Both the position numbers and the translations under genes were made by a program. From the NCBI GenBank assembly GCA_017499595.2, contig CM039000.1:1240001-1304000 (forward strand): 64,000 nucleotides of DNA. Direction: 5' to 3'. Shown here in pieces: positions 27,511-41,601 of this stretch (its first letter is position 1; every line of letters begins with the position of its first letter). Origin of the DNA: Psilocybe cubensis. Its lineage: Eukaryota. The notes below the pieces were generated by a model that was not told where the DNA came from, searched no databases, and saw nothing but the letters and a program-made list of their open reading frames with translations.

Positions 27511-28470
27511 TTGGTTACAAGTTCCAGCATCCAGCATCCTATATATAAAGGGGTCCGGCTTAGGGGGTTGTTACTAGATCCATTGCTCCTCGTCCCCACT
27601 TTCATTGCTATTATGTCGATTTCGATGGCATTTTTGTGGAGATCCTTGCGAAATGGACTCGCAGGTAAGATATCCAGCGCATACGAAGGAACTCGTCTGA
27701 TAGTTATTTTAGGCATAACCTGTGTCGTCAATGTCCCTCTTTTTGTGATTTCGTTGGTCGCTCTTGCTCGCGGGAGCGGAGGAAGTAAGTCACCCGGTTT
27801 ATCAGTCGCCAGTCCCTTGTAATGTATCCCTGCATTCAGGCATTCAAGTTGTGGCAATAACATTGAACGGCCTCGCGCTACTTTGTCCACTTCTATTCGT
27901 AATTCATATGATTTACCCATTTGTGATCATACCGGGCAGGCAGCGTTATAATTTCCTATTTGTAGCGTTGGCAAGCGTAGGATTTGGTGCGTATGATCTT
28001 GTGCTTCAAATAATTCGGGTGCTGATCTTGTTTTCGACATTAGTTAATGCAGTTACACTTTCAGCTCGAGCAGGCATCGGTGGTCTTTCTTCAGATTATG
28101 CAAGTGTCGGTGATATAAGTGCCTTGGTATTAGCTCTAGCTTGGTTTGCAGTCATATTCGGTGGGTATCATATGACAGACAGCTCGAAAGCGATGAAAAT
28201 TGACATTTGTGAACAACAATAGCTGTCGCGGGACTCGCAGTGAGCTTGTTTGCTATTCCATATCTCGAGGGATTGCCCAGAACGCCTCACAATATATCTA
28301 CCTCACGTTTATCCCAAGGCGCTCCTACGGTCAGATTCAACGGACCTACAAAGCAGATGTCTGCCAGCCCGATCAACAACAGCAGGCAGCTGTTAGAGGA
28401 AGGAAAGTACCCAAATGGAATGCCCATCACTAATGTCGAGAGATGGCCAGAGATTCCTTTCGGGTTATGA
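27511..28470 (+). CDS. Hypothetical multi-pass membrane protein (exon structure uncertain)
   Basis: Consecutive hydrophobic ORF segments (LLLVPTFIAIMSISMAFLW; LIVILGITCVVNVPLFVISLVAL; FLFVALASVGFGAYDLVL; ALVLALAWFAVIFGG). Confidence 0.4.
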
Positions 28471-28561
28471 ATACGAGAGGCGAAGTTTTTTTTTTTTTTC
28501 ATATAGCCGGACGTTATCAGATATGGTTGTTCAGCCTAAAACATCAGTGGAGAAGTCGGTG

Positions 28562-30070
28562 TTATTGGCCAAGTTGGCTAAGTGTTTGCTCCATGGCGTC
28601 GTAGTCGTAATCGTCGTAGTTTGCCCAAAGCGCGTCGTCATTATCTTGTTCTCTGGAATCTATGTTACTAGGATAATGCATAGTTTCCTTACTGGATGAT
28701 TGTGCTTGAGAGTTTCTAGCAGTGTCATTATTTTTGGTGATATTTGCTTGAAATGTTGCAGAAGGTTCAACTTCAGATTCCAGGACAGTGATGCCTCTCG
28801 ACGTTATGATATAATCCAACGCAACTGGAGAGGCAACATTACTGAAGATAACGGCAAGGCGCCGAAGAGAGATTGACTGTTGTTCTTCCTGATTATTGAA
28901 AGAAGACTGCTGTGAGGGATCTGTGTCTGGAGATGTATTGTGTATGCGGCGACGCTTAGGTAAATCTTGCGCATCAAAATACTTGCGCCTTCCTGTGCGC
29001 GCAAGCATAATTCTGGTATTGATTTGGTTCGCCCAAGTGAGACCAAGACTAGATTCTTTGGTGCGTTCACCAAAGAATTCAGCAGTGTTGAACCATCGAG
29101 ACTGCGTGCTGTAAAGGATACCCGTGTGATCATTAGGATCACTGTTAACGTGGTCGAATTTGTCTATAACTTCGTTTAAAACAACAACGGCTAAGTTGTA
29201 AGTGCTTGCGAGTGTGTGGAGGCTTGTGGATATGATGGTAATATCTTTGGACCGTTCTATAAGTGTGGCCGATGTCGTCTTGTTGTTGGAGTGAAACAAT
29301 TCCCCCAAAGCATCTATGACCAAAAGTTTGACTGGTTTCGCTCCTGGCTTTGAAGCTTGACTTTCCACAAATTTGGGCAAAATATTTTCCAGAATTTGGT
29401 GCAAAGTTGGGACGGTCGGAACCAACATTGTATGCACATCGTCCAAGCCACAGAAGGAGGAAAGAATCGGGTCGTCAGAGTTGACCATGTCATATAGTCT
29501 TCGTGTAGGTAATTTCGCGGATGTCGTCAGATAGCAACATGAAGCCAACAGCCCTCCATGTTTGGGAGGCGCTTGAATAAATAGTGAAAGCTGTAGTGCC
29601 AATTGAGTTTTGCCGGCAGAACTGGGTATGGTCATAAACAACAACACGGAAGACCCATTATCCTCAAACAGTATGCCTACCTCTCTCCTACAATCTCCCA
29701 TAACATTCCAGTCCGGATTCCTCCCCCAAGGGCATTGTCAAGAATGGCATCACCTGTTGAAAACTTTTCGTCTGCATCATCCCATAAGCTCAGGTTTGAG
29801 AGCCGGTCAAATGAATGTAATGGTAATGAACCAAGCACGGCATCAACAATTCTCTTGATTTCGATGGGAGAAGCTTTACAACGCTTTGCAATATCCTGAG
29901 GAGGCGTCACAATAAGGTCATTGATTGTTTGAAAGTTTCCTATGTCGTTATGCAAATGATTGAGTTGTGGGTTGGCTTGTAATATAATAACAATATCGCT
30001 CGCCTTTTCTTAATAGATTGATCTCTGGATCTTTCAAACCATGATTGGTGAAGGGAACGTTTAAGTTCAT
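28562..30070 (-). CDS. RAD57: Rad51 paralog, Rad57/XRCC3-like
   Basis: FSTGDAILDNALGGGIRTGMLWEIVGE/SSAGKTQLALQLSL (Walker A); KLLVIDALGELF (Walker B); LAVVVLNEV; SLGLTWANQINTRIML. First intron appears to be GC-AG. Confidence 0.85.
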
Positions 30071-30402
30071 TGACAGAGAATCATTGGGTATAATGTTGAC
30101 AGTCTAAAATGTGGAAATGTTGAGAGATCTTGTTGAAGTTAATCCTGAAACAAGGAATGGCACTCTAACAGAACTTCCTTGTTTTCCCTGACCAAACAAC
30201 GCACGCATACAGCTGTGAAAAACATACCACGATTTTGTTTGTTCGCAAGGCACGTGTATTGTGAAAATTCTCCGAAGCCAAGGAAGTCCATATTTTAATA
30301 AGATGCATAATAAAATAAATGACAGGTATAGTCATAAAGTTGTCTGGAATGGGTACTAATCCTGATATGCGTAGAATGTATAAGATAATGAAGCGAAAAC
30401 TT

Positions 30403-33400
30403 TCAAATCGACCGCTGACGGCCTTGCGCCGAGTCGGTTGTCCTCCTCAAGAAGCCTCCCACAACGTTAGTAACGGTCTCTGTGATTTGACGTTGTTGGT
30501 TCTGAGTATGTTTGACAAGGAAAAGTCGAACATTGGTGGCATTCCAAATACCAAGAGGTGACATTGCGTGGACGTATATTTCACCCCATATCAGCGAGGT
30601 GACCCATATTAACGACGCATCCGACCACTGGAAATAAAGTAAGTAACTGATGGGTCTCTGACAAACTGCGCTGCCTACCAAGAAGCGACGAGAGGAAATG
30701 GGTGGCTTGGTGGGGAAAATGTGATCCAGATTCACGTTGGATAGGAATTTAAGTACATCAGCAGAAGGCACCGTTCTGTGTCGTTGCATGTCTTCAACCT
30801 TTTGCACGACATCAGAGATAAAAAGCATGACGGTATCCAAAGGAAGTCTAGATTACGGATTTAGTCTTCTTGTTTTATGATCTTTTATTCGCAGGCTTAC
30901 CCTTGTTGCCATGATGTAACCTAAGCATTTGGTGAGCTTAAAGCGACAGAAAGACAATTATGATGCCTTACCCATTCTTGTGTGGGCACAAATCCACTGC
31001 GCCCAATTGGAAGAGGAACCCGATCTAGCGCAGCGATGTTTTCAACAGACATGGAACGCCTTTCCCTCATTTTACCCCTTGCCTTCTCCGATATGGGTGA
31101 TTCCGACGCGTAGGGGTTGTCTGAGGTCGGCGACATGAATGAACGAGTCATAGGTTCGTCTCCTTGAGAGCCCCGAGGACTTGTGACGCTTTCCCGTTCG
31201 CGTTCCTGTGAGTCGCTACGAACACCTTCGTTGTGTAGTAATCTGGCCTTTTCAGCACCGGCATCCGCTATCTCGCCCTCTTCCACTGGAATTTTTCCTT
31301 TCAAACTAGACGATTTATTTGCGAGTTCCTCCTTCGCGAGCTGGGCACGTTTCACTTCGCGAAGTCCCCTGGCAAGAGTAAAAGTTCCTAGATCCTCAAA
31401 TATCTTGCGCGACTGCAGGATTCCATAAGTGATGTTCGAATTTTCTGCGGGGTGATAAAAGATTATTGAACTGAAAACCTCCAACCTGATTTAACTTCAG
31501 TACAGACCATTGTGCTAGAATAGACGGATTTCTTACATGAAGAAGAGTAATCGAGGATGACCTTCGTCTGATAACAGGAACAAAGGGTTGGAAAAAGAAT
31601 TGAACAACTGTAGGAGCCGTGCAGAAGCAGATACACCAATATGTTTGAAATAGGGGGCAGCATTTGACAACGCTATAATGAGTGCCGGATAAAGCGACGT
31701 TAAGCTACCAGAAGTCGTTGCAACGATTGCATAAACGGCCTTAAAAATATCATTAGAAGAAACGCGATGGTAACCGTACTCACTCACATGAATCATGAAG
31801 TCGGCTATTGTATCTACTGGCCCCCATTTTGTCGGAATTTGTGCCTTAATAGGTTTACTGAGCTGAGATCCAAAGGCCGACTCGGCAGATAATGTTTGCA
31901 CGATGTAAGATATGGCACGGCACACTCCATGTTGTTCTGCTAGAAAATCAGCGCCAGACAGCGAAATATTACACGAAAAACACACGAGGTTTATCTTTAA
32001 TTTCGACGCAATAGAACAGTAGATATGCAATTAGGTCAACTGATTTTTCTGATTCCAAAACGAAAGTGCGGAATTTCTGGAGAAAATCGTTTGTTAGATA
32101 GCAACAAAGAAAAGTGCACTGCTCACCTTATTAATTTCGATCAGTTTCCAGAAGAGGACGACTACAAGACGTGTAAACAAGGAACAAAATAAGAGTTAAC
32201 CCATGCATATACTTACTAGCTTCCGTCACGTACGGCAAGGACTTCTTAGCTCCGGGTAACAGATTTTTGACTGTGGCTATTTGCTGCTCCATGATCCCAA
32301 TGATTCCATCAAGAAGATATTCAAAATCTTGCGTACGATGCTGCAAATAAATGTCAATACAAACATCAAGGAAGAAATATTTCTATTACATACCAACTTC
32401 ATGATAAAATATCTAAATGTGTTTGTTTTGGCGGTTGGGGAAGAATTCTGTCCATCTAAGAGTTGATCCCTGGCGGGCCCGCTTTGAAAATCAAGCAATA
32501 CACATAGAACTTGTAAGGACGTTGTAATCAAAGTGGTCCTTGGATCCTCCCCTTTGAAAACGAGGTGATTGTATGGTAGCTTTCCAGCTATGGTCCCAAT
32601 GGTGATGGTGTCTGTCGTGCTTGAATTCATCGCTGTGTTCAACAGAGAACATAATATCGTAAGTACGTCGCGGCGAGGCATCTTTTCGACAATGTGCAAT
32701 GAAGGAAGGGCGGGATGAGTGAAAAGGGAAGCAGCTGGTAAATAGATTTGCCTTGACAGCAATACAAGAAGCAATCGTAGAACTTCTGTCTTGTTGCTGT
32801 CGTACATTGTTGTATTACCCAATGAATTTGCAGAGCCAATACCTTTCTCCCTAACATGGATTTGGACATGGAGTCAATGATAATATCAGAGTCAATGAGG
32901 AAACACCCACCATATAACATAGTTAATCTTGTGATGGTCAACTTGAATAGATTTAGGTAGTGTAAATCCACAACAAAACATAAGATCCGTTATCGCATTG
33001 AGGAGCCTCTCTCCAAGAGAGGGTAGTAGCTTTTTCGGTGCTTTCTTGGTCGGTGTTTGGGGGACTTTCTCTTCTTCTCGGTCGCTTCCATCTTCATCCT
33101 CTATCACAAATTGGGGTTCAGCGGTCCCGACATCGTTAACGGCAGAGTCGACAACTTCTTCCTTCTTCCAAAGAACCTCGATTTCGAACGAATCGGAATC
33201 CCCTTCTGCCTCGAATACAACAGGAAGAACACGTTGCAAGACACGCAAGCAGTTGAGGACTTGATCGGTGGCCGTTTTTTGTTGTGATACACCAGCAGAT
33301 TTGATGAGAGATGAAGCATATGCTGCTACTGAACCATTGGGTGCTGATGGAAATGTATGATCTGATATGGAGTTGAAGAGGCGAGCAGAAACGACCTGAA

Positions 33401-33805
33401 TAAGTGTAGTCACATTCTCAGGTGCGTCGGCGAGAGCGCGGCGTACTGCATATATATATGAATACAAGAGAATAAAGAGGTTACGAATCAACTGACTGTG
33501 ATTCGGAGTTATGAGAGAGAAGACCTCAGATGCGGAGTCGAATAGGATAAAGTACTGGATTAAGAATTGTTAATGCCCACGTAGTATGTAACTGCAGAAT
33601 TTCGCTTACTTGCTCCCAGTATGCATCTGTGGCCGGTATGTTCTGCAATGTGTCAGAGAGGTATCAGATACATACAGAAAACCACACATACCCTAACAGA
33701 CCATAGCTTTACGATTCCATTAGGTTGGCTAGGGAAAGCCAGCTTCGCTTCATCGCCCAGTATTCCGAAAGGGGCGGTAAACTTCTGAGGGATTCTGGCA
33801 AACAT
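30403..33805 (-). CDS. HID1/Ecm30-family Golgi-associated protein, multi-exon
   Basis: YFILFDSASEVFSLITP..VRRAL..APENVTTLI; VLNCLRVLQRVLP; DLMFCCGFTLP..INYVIW/EKGIG; NKTEVLRLLLVLLS; FVPTQEW/VTSWQQG/LPLDTV; IWNATNVRLF. Confidence 0.85.
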
Positions 33806-34409
33806 ACAGCCAGGTATGCTGCAATTACGGAGATATATAATCAAATATGAGCAATGATAATGTTGGCTAACAAGACTGCCTAGTTGGCCTTATGGTGTCG
33901 TGAGCACAAGCACTAAATGCGATGGGCCTTCGTATCCAAAAGCAGCACAGCCACTGTATTCTGAATCCAATATCTGCTTCCAGCGGCCACTGACGGCAGC
34001 CCGGCATTTAGAATGATGGGTATTTCACTGTGCTATACTACAAACAATCATCCTGCTGCAATCTACAGCTCAAGTGGCCGCGCGGCACTGCCTTCCAACT
34101 AAGTACATGATGGCTCAATAATAACAGTCGGTTGTTGTATCTGGGTGAGAAAATGAACATTTCTATGCAACAGAACACTCAGTATGAATAAGAGTTATCC
34201 TGAACAGCATTCCGTCTTCGTAAAGAATCGTAAAATTAGCCCGGTAACGAGTCCATGATGATACGACAATGCACTCTGTATGTACGAATAATCCTGCTGA
34301 GCCTCCTCCTATCTCTTCGACCAGATCAAGTAAATTACATCTATGTGTTGAGAGTCTCAAAGACACTGATATCACATTTCCGTCAAGAAAATGACGATAC
34401 AGAACCGAC

Positions 34410-35312
34410 TTAGACCATCATTGCCCCAATGACCGCTGACAACAGTGCGAAACCGCTCACGGCTACTTTTGAGGCGCTGGATGAATTACCACCGCTGCCC
34501 CCCGGGGAAGTGCCCACGTCGCTAGACGGTGTGGCGGAAGCAACGGCGTGCAGACCTCCAGTGACAACTGCAGTGGCATCGTCCTAAAATTCAAACTTCA
34601 GAAATTATGCAAAGTAAATCATCGAAGGGAACTTACAGTTGGAGCGTTACTTCCGAGTGCTTTGGCTGCTTGCACGAATGCATCGAAAGTATTCCCGGTG
34701 GCGGGTGCGTTGATGCTTCCAACCATACCAGTCCCGCAATGTGTAATCTGCTTGCAGTGGAACCACACCGCTAATTTGGAGATTTATTTAAAGCTTTGAC
34801 ACATTTTAGCCAGTAGGTGCAACTTACGACTAGAGTCCGTTACATTGATGGTGAATGTTGAGGCCGTGACTAATCCAGAATCGAATCCGGCAGCGGCGCT
34901 ACCATTGGCTTGCAAATACGTGCATGGGTTTTGGAAAGAAGACTGGGTAACAGAGTGTGCAAGTGGGCTAAGCAGGATGTTTAATTCCAGCGATCAGAAG
35001 CAGCATAGTCAGATGGCGTACCCTCCTGGGAAGTAGAAGGTGATCTGCGTTCCAGGTGTAGCAGTGATGTTAGATGGATTATAGACTAGGCTTCCATTAG
35101 GGGCCACATCAACCTGTATGAATAGTTAGGAATAACGACCATTGCAATAAATTATAATCACTGACGTTAATCTGGTTTCCGCTACTTGGTGGCGCAGAAG
35201 GCACTGATGCAGCGGCGGACGTTGTTGGGCCTGGATTACTTGGAGGAGCATAACCATACTGCGCAGCAGCAAAGACCGGAAGGGCAAGCAGAACGGCAGA
35301 TTTCGTGAACAT
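34410..35312 (-). CDS. Secreted, probably GPI-anchored cupredoxin-like protein, copy 1
   Basis: Signal peptide MFTKSAVLLALPVFAAA; HSVTQSSFQNPC..GFDSG; FHCKQITHCGTGMVGSIN (H, C, H, M type-1 Cu ligand pattern); hydrophobic C-terminus. Confidence 0.82.
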
Positions 35313-36219
35313 TTCGAAGTCGTGAAAGGTGGGAACCCAAAGGTAGAAAGTTAAGTCGGGAGACGTTTTGGACACAAGCCCCAACTCCTTAATATATCCC
35401 CTACTCAAGGTGCTGCGGATAATATCAAACAGGCTGTGTGAACGGCTGAAGGTAACTCATTTTACACATCTCTCTCCCAAGAAAGTGCATTCATTCTCAC
35501 TGTGTGTAAGAAATGAGGTGTGGTGGTGATACGGCTGTCGCGGTGCATCGTTTTTAGAGCGAGGAATTTGATCGATCGTCGATGTATCTAAAAATAGACG
35601 TACAGATTCATTTATACTACCAAGGTCGATGAGGTTATTTATTTTAGAAATTTGTGCTTAGCCTGATTGGTCAATGAATTTACAATGTTCCCCGTCTACT
35701 TAGATCCATATCACGACTCACAATGATTGATTGCACTGGTGAATGGTGTACAATGGCGCCGTCACCGTGTATTCCATATTATGATGGATACTTGCCCATG
35801 GAAATGCAAAAAGATACAGAAGACCGCACGGATTCGGGTTCATCACTGGCCGACAGACATCTCCATCGGTTACCACGGGTGCTTTAGGTTGTCTTTCCTA
35901 AAGCAATAACAGAACTTAGCCTTACTTAGCCTATAACTGTTGTTCCATAAAAGGCATTTAACTATTCAAGCTCAAGTTTGAGTGACTGCGCTTATCAGAA
36001 GGAATCAAGTAACCAGAACGACATAAAGATCGTCAATTACTTAACTGGTTTAAGCACTCTCTACATTCTGTAGGAACAGTATATTGTATGCTAGATACTG
36101 AATAATCTTCGACAGAAGAGATCCACAACATATGAAAATATGATACTTCTACATGTTATCCAATGTCCGAATAACCCTCTCGTTAGGCGTTAAAAAGTAA
36201 CCTTCATCATGATGTTAAT

Positions 36220-37141
36220 CTACGCAAAGAGCATTACAATTGCCACCGATAATGCGGCAAAGCTGCTAGCCACAAGTGTGGTAGCGCTGCTGGCAGTGCC
36301 GCCGGAAGATCCTCCAGTGTCACTGGATGGTGCGGCAGTGGCGACACCGTGGACACCTCCAGTAGCAACTGCGGATGGGTCATCCTAATGAGAAAAAAAG
36401 TTAGCGCTTAATCGGATCGTCAAAGATGACAGAATCGTTTACAGTTGGCGCGTTTGCTCCTAGACTCATAGCCGCTGACATGAAAGCATCGAAGGTGTTA
36501 CCGGTGCTTGGTGCGTTGATAGTACCAACCATACCAAGGCCACAATGTGTGACCTGTTTACAGTGGAAATATATAGCTATTGGAAAGGCAGGCAAAAGGT
36601 TAATTGATTTGTATGCCTCTTTTGGAGGGTGTAAATTATTTACGCACGTTGATCGTCCGTAATATTTAATGTAAAAGTAGATGCCAATACCAAACCGGAG
36701 TCGAAGCCCGCGGGATCGCTACCGGTCGCCGTAAGATACGTGCAAGGGTTCTCGAATGACGACTGAGTAACTGAGTGCGCAGTTGTCCTGTTGAAGCTAC
36801 TCAGACAACGCAGATAATTGAACCACGTCAAGCAACTCACCCGCCTGGGAAAAAGAATGTAACAGTACTACCAGGGCTAGCACTGACATTGGCGGGATTG
36901 TACACGAAGTTTCCATTGAACGCTACATCAATCTGCAGGGAGATAGTTTTTGATAAACTGTACGTTACTCGGGAACAGGGTTACTGACGTTTATTTGATT
37001 TGCCGTGCTCGGTGGTGCAGATGGCACACTGACGGCAGCGGCGGCGGTTGTTGTCCCGGGTGCAGGGCCAGGTGGGGGTCCGTAAACTTGCCCAACGACG
37101 AGCGCAGGGAGAACAAAGAGGGTTCCAGCTAATGAAAACAT
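36220..37141 (-). CDS. Secreted, probably GPI-anchored cupredoxin-like protein, copy 2
   Basis: Signal peptide MFSLAGTLFVLPALVVG; HSVTQSSFENPC..GFDSG; FHCKQVTHCGLGMVGTIN; same exon layout as copy 1. Confidence 0.82.
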
Positions 37142-38743
37142 TTGTACCAAGGTGAGACTCCAAGGAAGAGGGATGCAAGAGATGCTTTTATTACTAGTCA
37201 AGTAGCCGTCTTATTGTATAGCTGCTGCGGATATTAGATTATGTGGTTAGATTCAAGGAACTCTATTTTTTGACGGGTCCCAGGAAAGTCATTCATTCTC
37301 AAGTGTGGTTTATGATGTGATTGTTTCCTGAGAGACTTTGTCCCCCTGCTTATAGTCAATAGTCAAGAGCGCAAGAAATATGGAAGTTTAAAAATAGACT
37401 CAATGAAGTATAAATAGATTTTTGGACCTGAGCTATTTATCGATTATCCTTTGATCGTTCCTTTTGGAAACTCTCTTTTCTACACTAATCTGAAGATACC
37501 CGAGCACTCCATTTGTACACTGACAAAGAAGAGAAAGAAATAATGCAACTCTCATTGACCCAATGGAATAAGCACAACGACACTGATATGCCACCCACGG
37601 TGGGAGTATAAGTAGACCAGCTCAGCTATTACAAAGCGGCGGCGTGGGTATATTAGAGATGATGAAATACTAAACATTTCTCAGGCGAACAGCGTACGTT
37701 CGCAAGTTGCAAAGTGCATCCCAGATACCTGATCAAATGTGGACGGTCCGAGTCAAATAGGGTACGGTCATGTGGGGCCTCTGCGCGGTTTATGAGCATT
37801 TACCGTATGATGGAATGAGCATTGACTTCCAAAACTGTCATAACTCATCAAAGAGTCCCTACTATCCACCTTTTGGTGCAGAACTCTCACGTTTACTCGG
37901 AGCAAACGCCCAACAAGACGCCAGCGGGACTTCGACCGGAGTGCATGTTCTCATGAGTTAGAAAAACGAGTCGGCAGATACGGCATGTTATCTCCCTGCC
38001 TCATAATTCCCCGAGCACCCCACGTAGAATGTAAATTAATCATCTGTCTTTGCTGGTCTTGAGGTATTTATGTCGTTATGTGAATGTTCTACTTTCCAGT
38101 TTACCGCCATCTATGCCTATTGTAGAAGGGTACAATCAACAACTAGATTATTTAAGAGAGTTCATGCCGAAATAGACATCAGAGATGAACTACTTTGAAC
38201 AACCAAATATTCAGTTTGATTTCTGAACCAAAATTTTCTTTGCGTCTTCCCTACTCAATTTAGCAAGTTAAGGGATAAAAATGCAAGATTACTATTTCAT
38301 TTCCAACAAGATAATTGAGCTCTTTTGTGTTCCCTATTCTAGGTACTATTTATGAACCGCTGAGATAGCGAAAAAATCGAGAAGCCCTGCTCATTCCCGT
38401 CTGACTTGCCCCCTACATTTAAGATAGATCTTGGACAGATGAACGCTGGGAGCCTACATAAGACAAAAATACTTAGAATTACCTTGTAAATTAACTGCGG
38501 CTAGAGCGAACTTTTTTTACTCGTCAATGGGCTTTGCCTTCTACTACCTTCCGCAATTTGGAGATTCGGAGGAAGGATACAGCAACATTGTCTTGGAACT
38601 TCTGTCAACAGGTGCTAAAAATAGATGTTTGGTTTGACGCGGTTTGATAAACACGCCGCATGTGCCCTGCCTACTTGGCGAGATAATGATACCAGGCCGC
38701 TAGCTCGACTTCCATTGTTAGCTCATTGACAACTACCACCACG

Positions 38744-39490
38744 ATGCGCAGAGGCGTAGGGTTAGCTGCATTCGACCACCAAGAACAGGCCGAGCGTTCT
38801 TATGCTGAACTATCATCCGAATTATCCCGAACTCAAGTCGAACACCTTCACTCCCAACTCGACCAATTCCGAACAGCCCTCGCTCACTTTGCATCCACGC
38901 ATCGCGAGTCCATTAGGAGCGATCCATCCTTCCGATATGCCTTTCAGCAGATGTGCTCCTCTATCGGTGTCGACCCGCTTGCTGGTCCGCGGAAAGGTGG
39001 CTGGTGGGCGGAGCTTCTTGGGCTCGGCGATTGGCAGTATGAACTCGGTGTTCAGATTGTGGACGTCTGCGTGAGCACAAGGGAACAAAATGGGGGCCTA
39101 ATAGAAATGTCGGAGCTCGTCCGGCTTGTCAGCAAGCTGCGTGGTGTGAGTGGAGGAGGTATCACGGAGGACGATGTCGTGCGCAGTATCAAGACGCTGC
39201 AACCTCTGGGGGCTGGCTACCAGGTGGTTGAGATCGCAGGCATAAAGATGGTGCGGAGTGTCGTGAAAGCTCTTGACGAGGACCAGACAACCATCCTTGC
39301 AATTGCGCGTGAAACAGGAGGTCGTGTCGTCGAAAGCGATCTCATTCAGCGCAAAGGGTGGACGAGAAATCGTGCTCGAGCTGCCTTAGAGAACATGTTG
39401 CTAAGGGATGGTCTGTGCTGGTTGGATGCTCAAGATAACCAGGCCGGTCGGGCATACTGGGTCCCTTCCGCCATGCACTGGGAAATATGA
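38744..39490 (+). CDS. SNF8: ESCRT-II subunit Snf8/Vps22 (EAP30)
   Basis: Single exon: MRRGVGLAAF...QLDQFRTALAHFASTHRESIRSDPSFRYAFQQMCSSIGVDPLA..KGGWWAELLGLGDWQYELGVQIVDVC..TREQNGGL...GLCWLDAQ. Confidence 0.93.
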   Translation: MRRGVGLAAFDHQEQAERSYAELSSELSRTQVEHLHSQLDQFRTALAHFASTHRESIRSDPSFRYAFQQMCSSIGVDPLAGPRKGGWWAELLGLGDWQYELGVQIVDVCVSTREQNGGLIEMSELVRLVSKLRGVSGGGITEDDVVRSIKTLQPLGAGYQVVEIAGIKMVRSVVKALDEDQTTILAIARETGGRVVESDLIQRKGWTRNRARAALENMLLRDGLCWLDAQDNQAGRAYWVPSAMHWEI

Positions 39491-39610
39491 AGCCTTTTCC
39501 AGATTTTCTCGTGAGTAAATCCATCTTTTGTAAAGATTGATTATACGCAATGTCATATACAATAAATGCTAATGTAGAGTAAAGTCAAAAGAAGACTTCA
39601 GAGAAGTTCC

Positions 39611-41601
39611 TCAGTCGAACTCGTAATCCATAGATGAAGTTGGCGCCGAAGGTTGAGGTTCCGCCGTGATGGGACTTGGTGCGTCCGAAGGTTCTTCTGC
39701 AAAGCAGTTAGCCAGCAAGTTTGACAAAAAAACATCAAAGCGCTCACCCTTTATTTCCGGTTTTCCACCGGCACTCATACCATACATCGAAAAATTGACG
39801 CACTTGACGGCCAACGTTCGGAGGTTCACTAGAACCAGGATACCCGTTTGCGCAAAACTGGGAATCAAAATCACTCGACATCTAGCAGGAGATTTTCCCT
39901 TGCTACCCGTTTGTTGATCTGTAACGAGCTTTGTCCCAAACCTTTTTTGCCCACCCACGATGTATATATCTGGGGTTTCTGTGATCAAGAATGGGTCTTC
40001 GTTAAAGTAAGGATGACACCACAAGGTGTCAGGCGCAGTTGGCGCCATATGCCGCCACCTGAGTGTGGACGCAAGAACAGACAAGCGTGTATTCGGAGGA
40101 GAAGATAGATACTTGAACATATCATTAAGAGGCTGCCCGGAATTGATTAAGACTTTGCGCTTAACGGGAGGCCGAGGTGATTTGGAATTTGTCGGGCCGG
40201 ACTCTGAACAAGACGCGATGGTTAGGTATGTAGGATTCGTTTCACAGGTCATGGTGGGGTATCGTGATGCGTCACCAAACAAGGCTCGAGGAAAGGGTTG
40301 TTGCGGCATGAGGGTTCCAGATGGATCTGATTCGCCCGGAAGAATGTTTATCGGGATGGAAGTTGCAAGATCGTGTAGTGTAGAAGACAATTCAATGATA
40401 GGCCGCGGTGAGAAAGACGCCGAATCATACCCATGTCGTTGCTTGGAGCCGAAAGTCAGCTAAATACGTTCTTTTGATGAGAGAACAAAACTGCGCAGAC
40501 TCACAGCTTTTCTTTCAGCTGCCGACAAGATGGTTTCTCTTTCTCCGGGAATAGGCCCTAGAGATTGCAGAGAGTCTCCAGCTATTATAAGTCGTGATAT
40601 TTGTGAAGCTGATACTTGGTCATCCAAGCAACCGCCTTCCCCGGTTAAGTATTCGACAAGCATCTGTATTTGGGCGTCAGCGGGGGACGGAGACCCAATC
40701 TCAAGACCGGAAACAACGCCAATCCATTCATCAGACAGAGACGTGTCTGTGGAATCTTGTTCTACTTCGAATTTCAAGAAGGCTTCATTAGATAAGTAGA
40801 AATAAGGAGCATACCATCAATATCCATCCTAGTCTCTTCGTCGTCCTGTTGCGTTTGCGGTGCCATTTCTGCATAGCAGATATCAATCACTTCGAACACC
40901 CCACCAGGTGTTTCCATTCCCAAAGCACCGATAATAACACCGGTTACGAGCATAGCGTTTTTAACGCAGTCTCCGACGAGTTTTATTCTGCCTGATTCGT
41001 CTTCAAGCATGACGTTATCATTCGGAGAAAAGAATTTTTCTGGTAGAGGAGGTGGGGGAATGGATTGCTACGTTTGTTTTAATACATCTTGAACTAGACA
41101 GAGAAAGTTCTATCGGGCTTACATCTCTAGCAATGTCAATCATAACGTTCGGTTTTAGTGGCATATCCATGTAAACGGTGCCTATAACATAGCACAGTTT
41201 GCCTTTTTCAATCTCAAGTGCGCGGGGTACCAGCACAGGATTGCCTGTTTGTGTCACACACCAAGCAAGCGGCAGTCAGCTAAATATAAGCGAAAACAGC
41301 ACACAGCACAAGAGAGAACACACCAGCAAGACTACCCCATCTACGCAGTGCCCGTGCCTCAACAACCTCTTTCAATTTCTGCAGTCTTATAAAATAAATG
41401 TTGGAGTATTGATGTCTGTAGGACTTGCGTGAACTATCAATAATGAAGGACGGTGTAGCAGGATCAGGAGTGTGAATGTATGTTGATGTTCTCTGTATTG
41501 ATCCTGAAGCGGGCACGTCACTAATGAACGATCAAGCATCGAATGAGCAGAGAAGTTGTGAGAGGATTGAAATCAATTTATTAGGACTTACATTGAAGCA
41601 T
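39611..41601 (-). CDS. POL31: DNA polymerase delta small (B) subunit
   Basis: YRHQYSNIYFIRL; CYVIGTVYMDMPLKPNV; LEDESGRIKLVG..VTGVIIGALG; RLIIAGDS; ILPGESDPS..MPQQP; WRHMAPTAPDTLWCHPY..DPF..PDIYIVG. Confidence 0.93.

Noticed and set aside
7529-39490. CHMP7, ATG8, HID1 and SNF8 as a membrane-trafficking gene cluster
   Set aside because: Spread over 30 kb among unrelated genes; chance linkage is sufficient.
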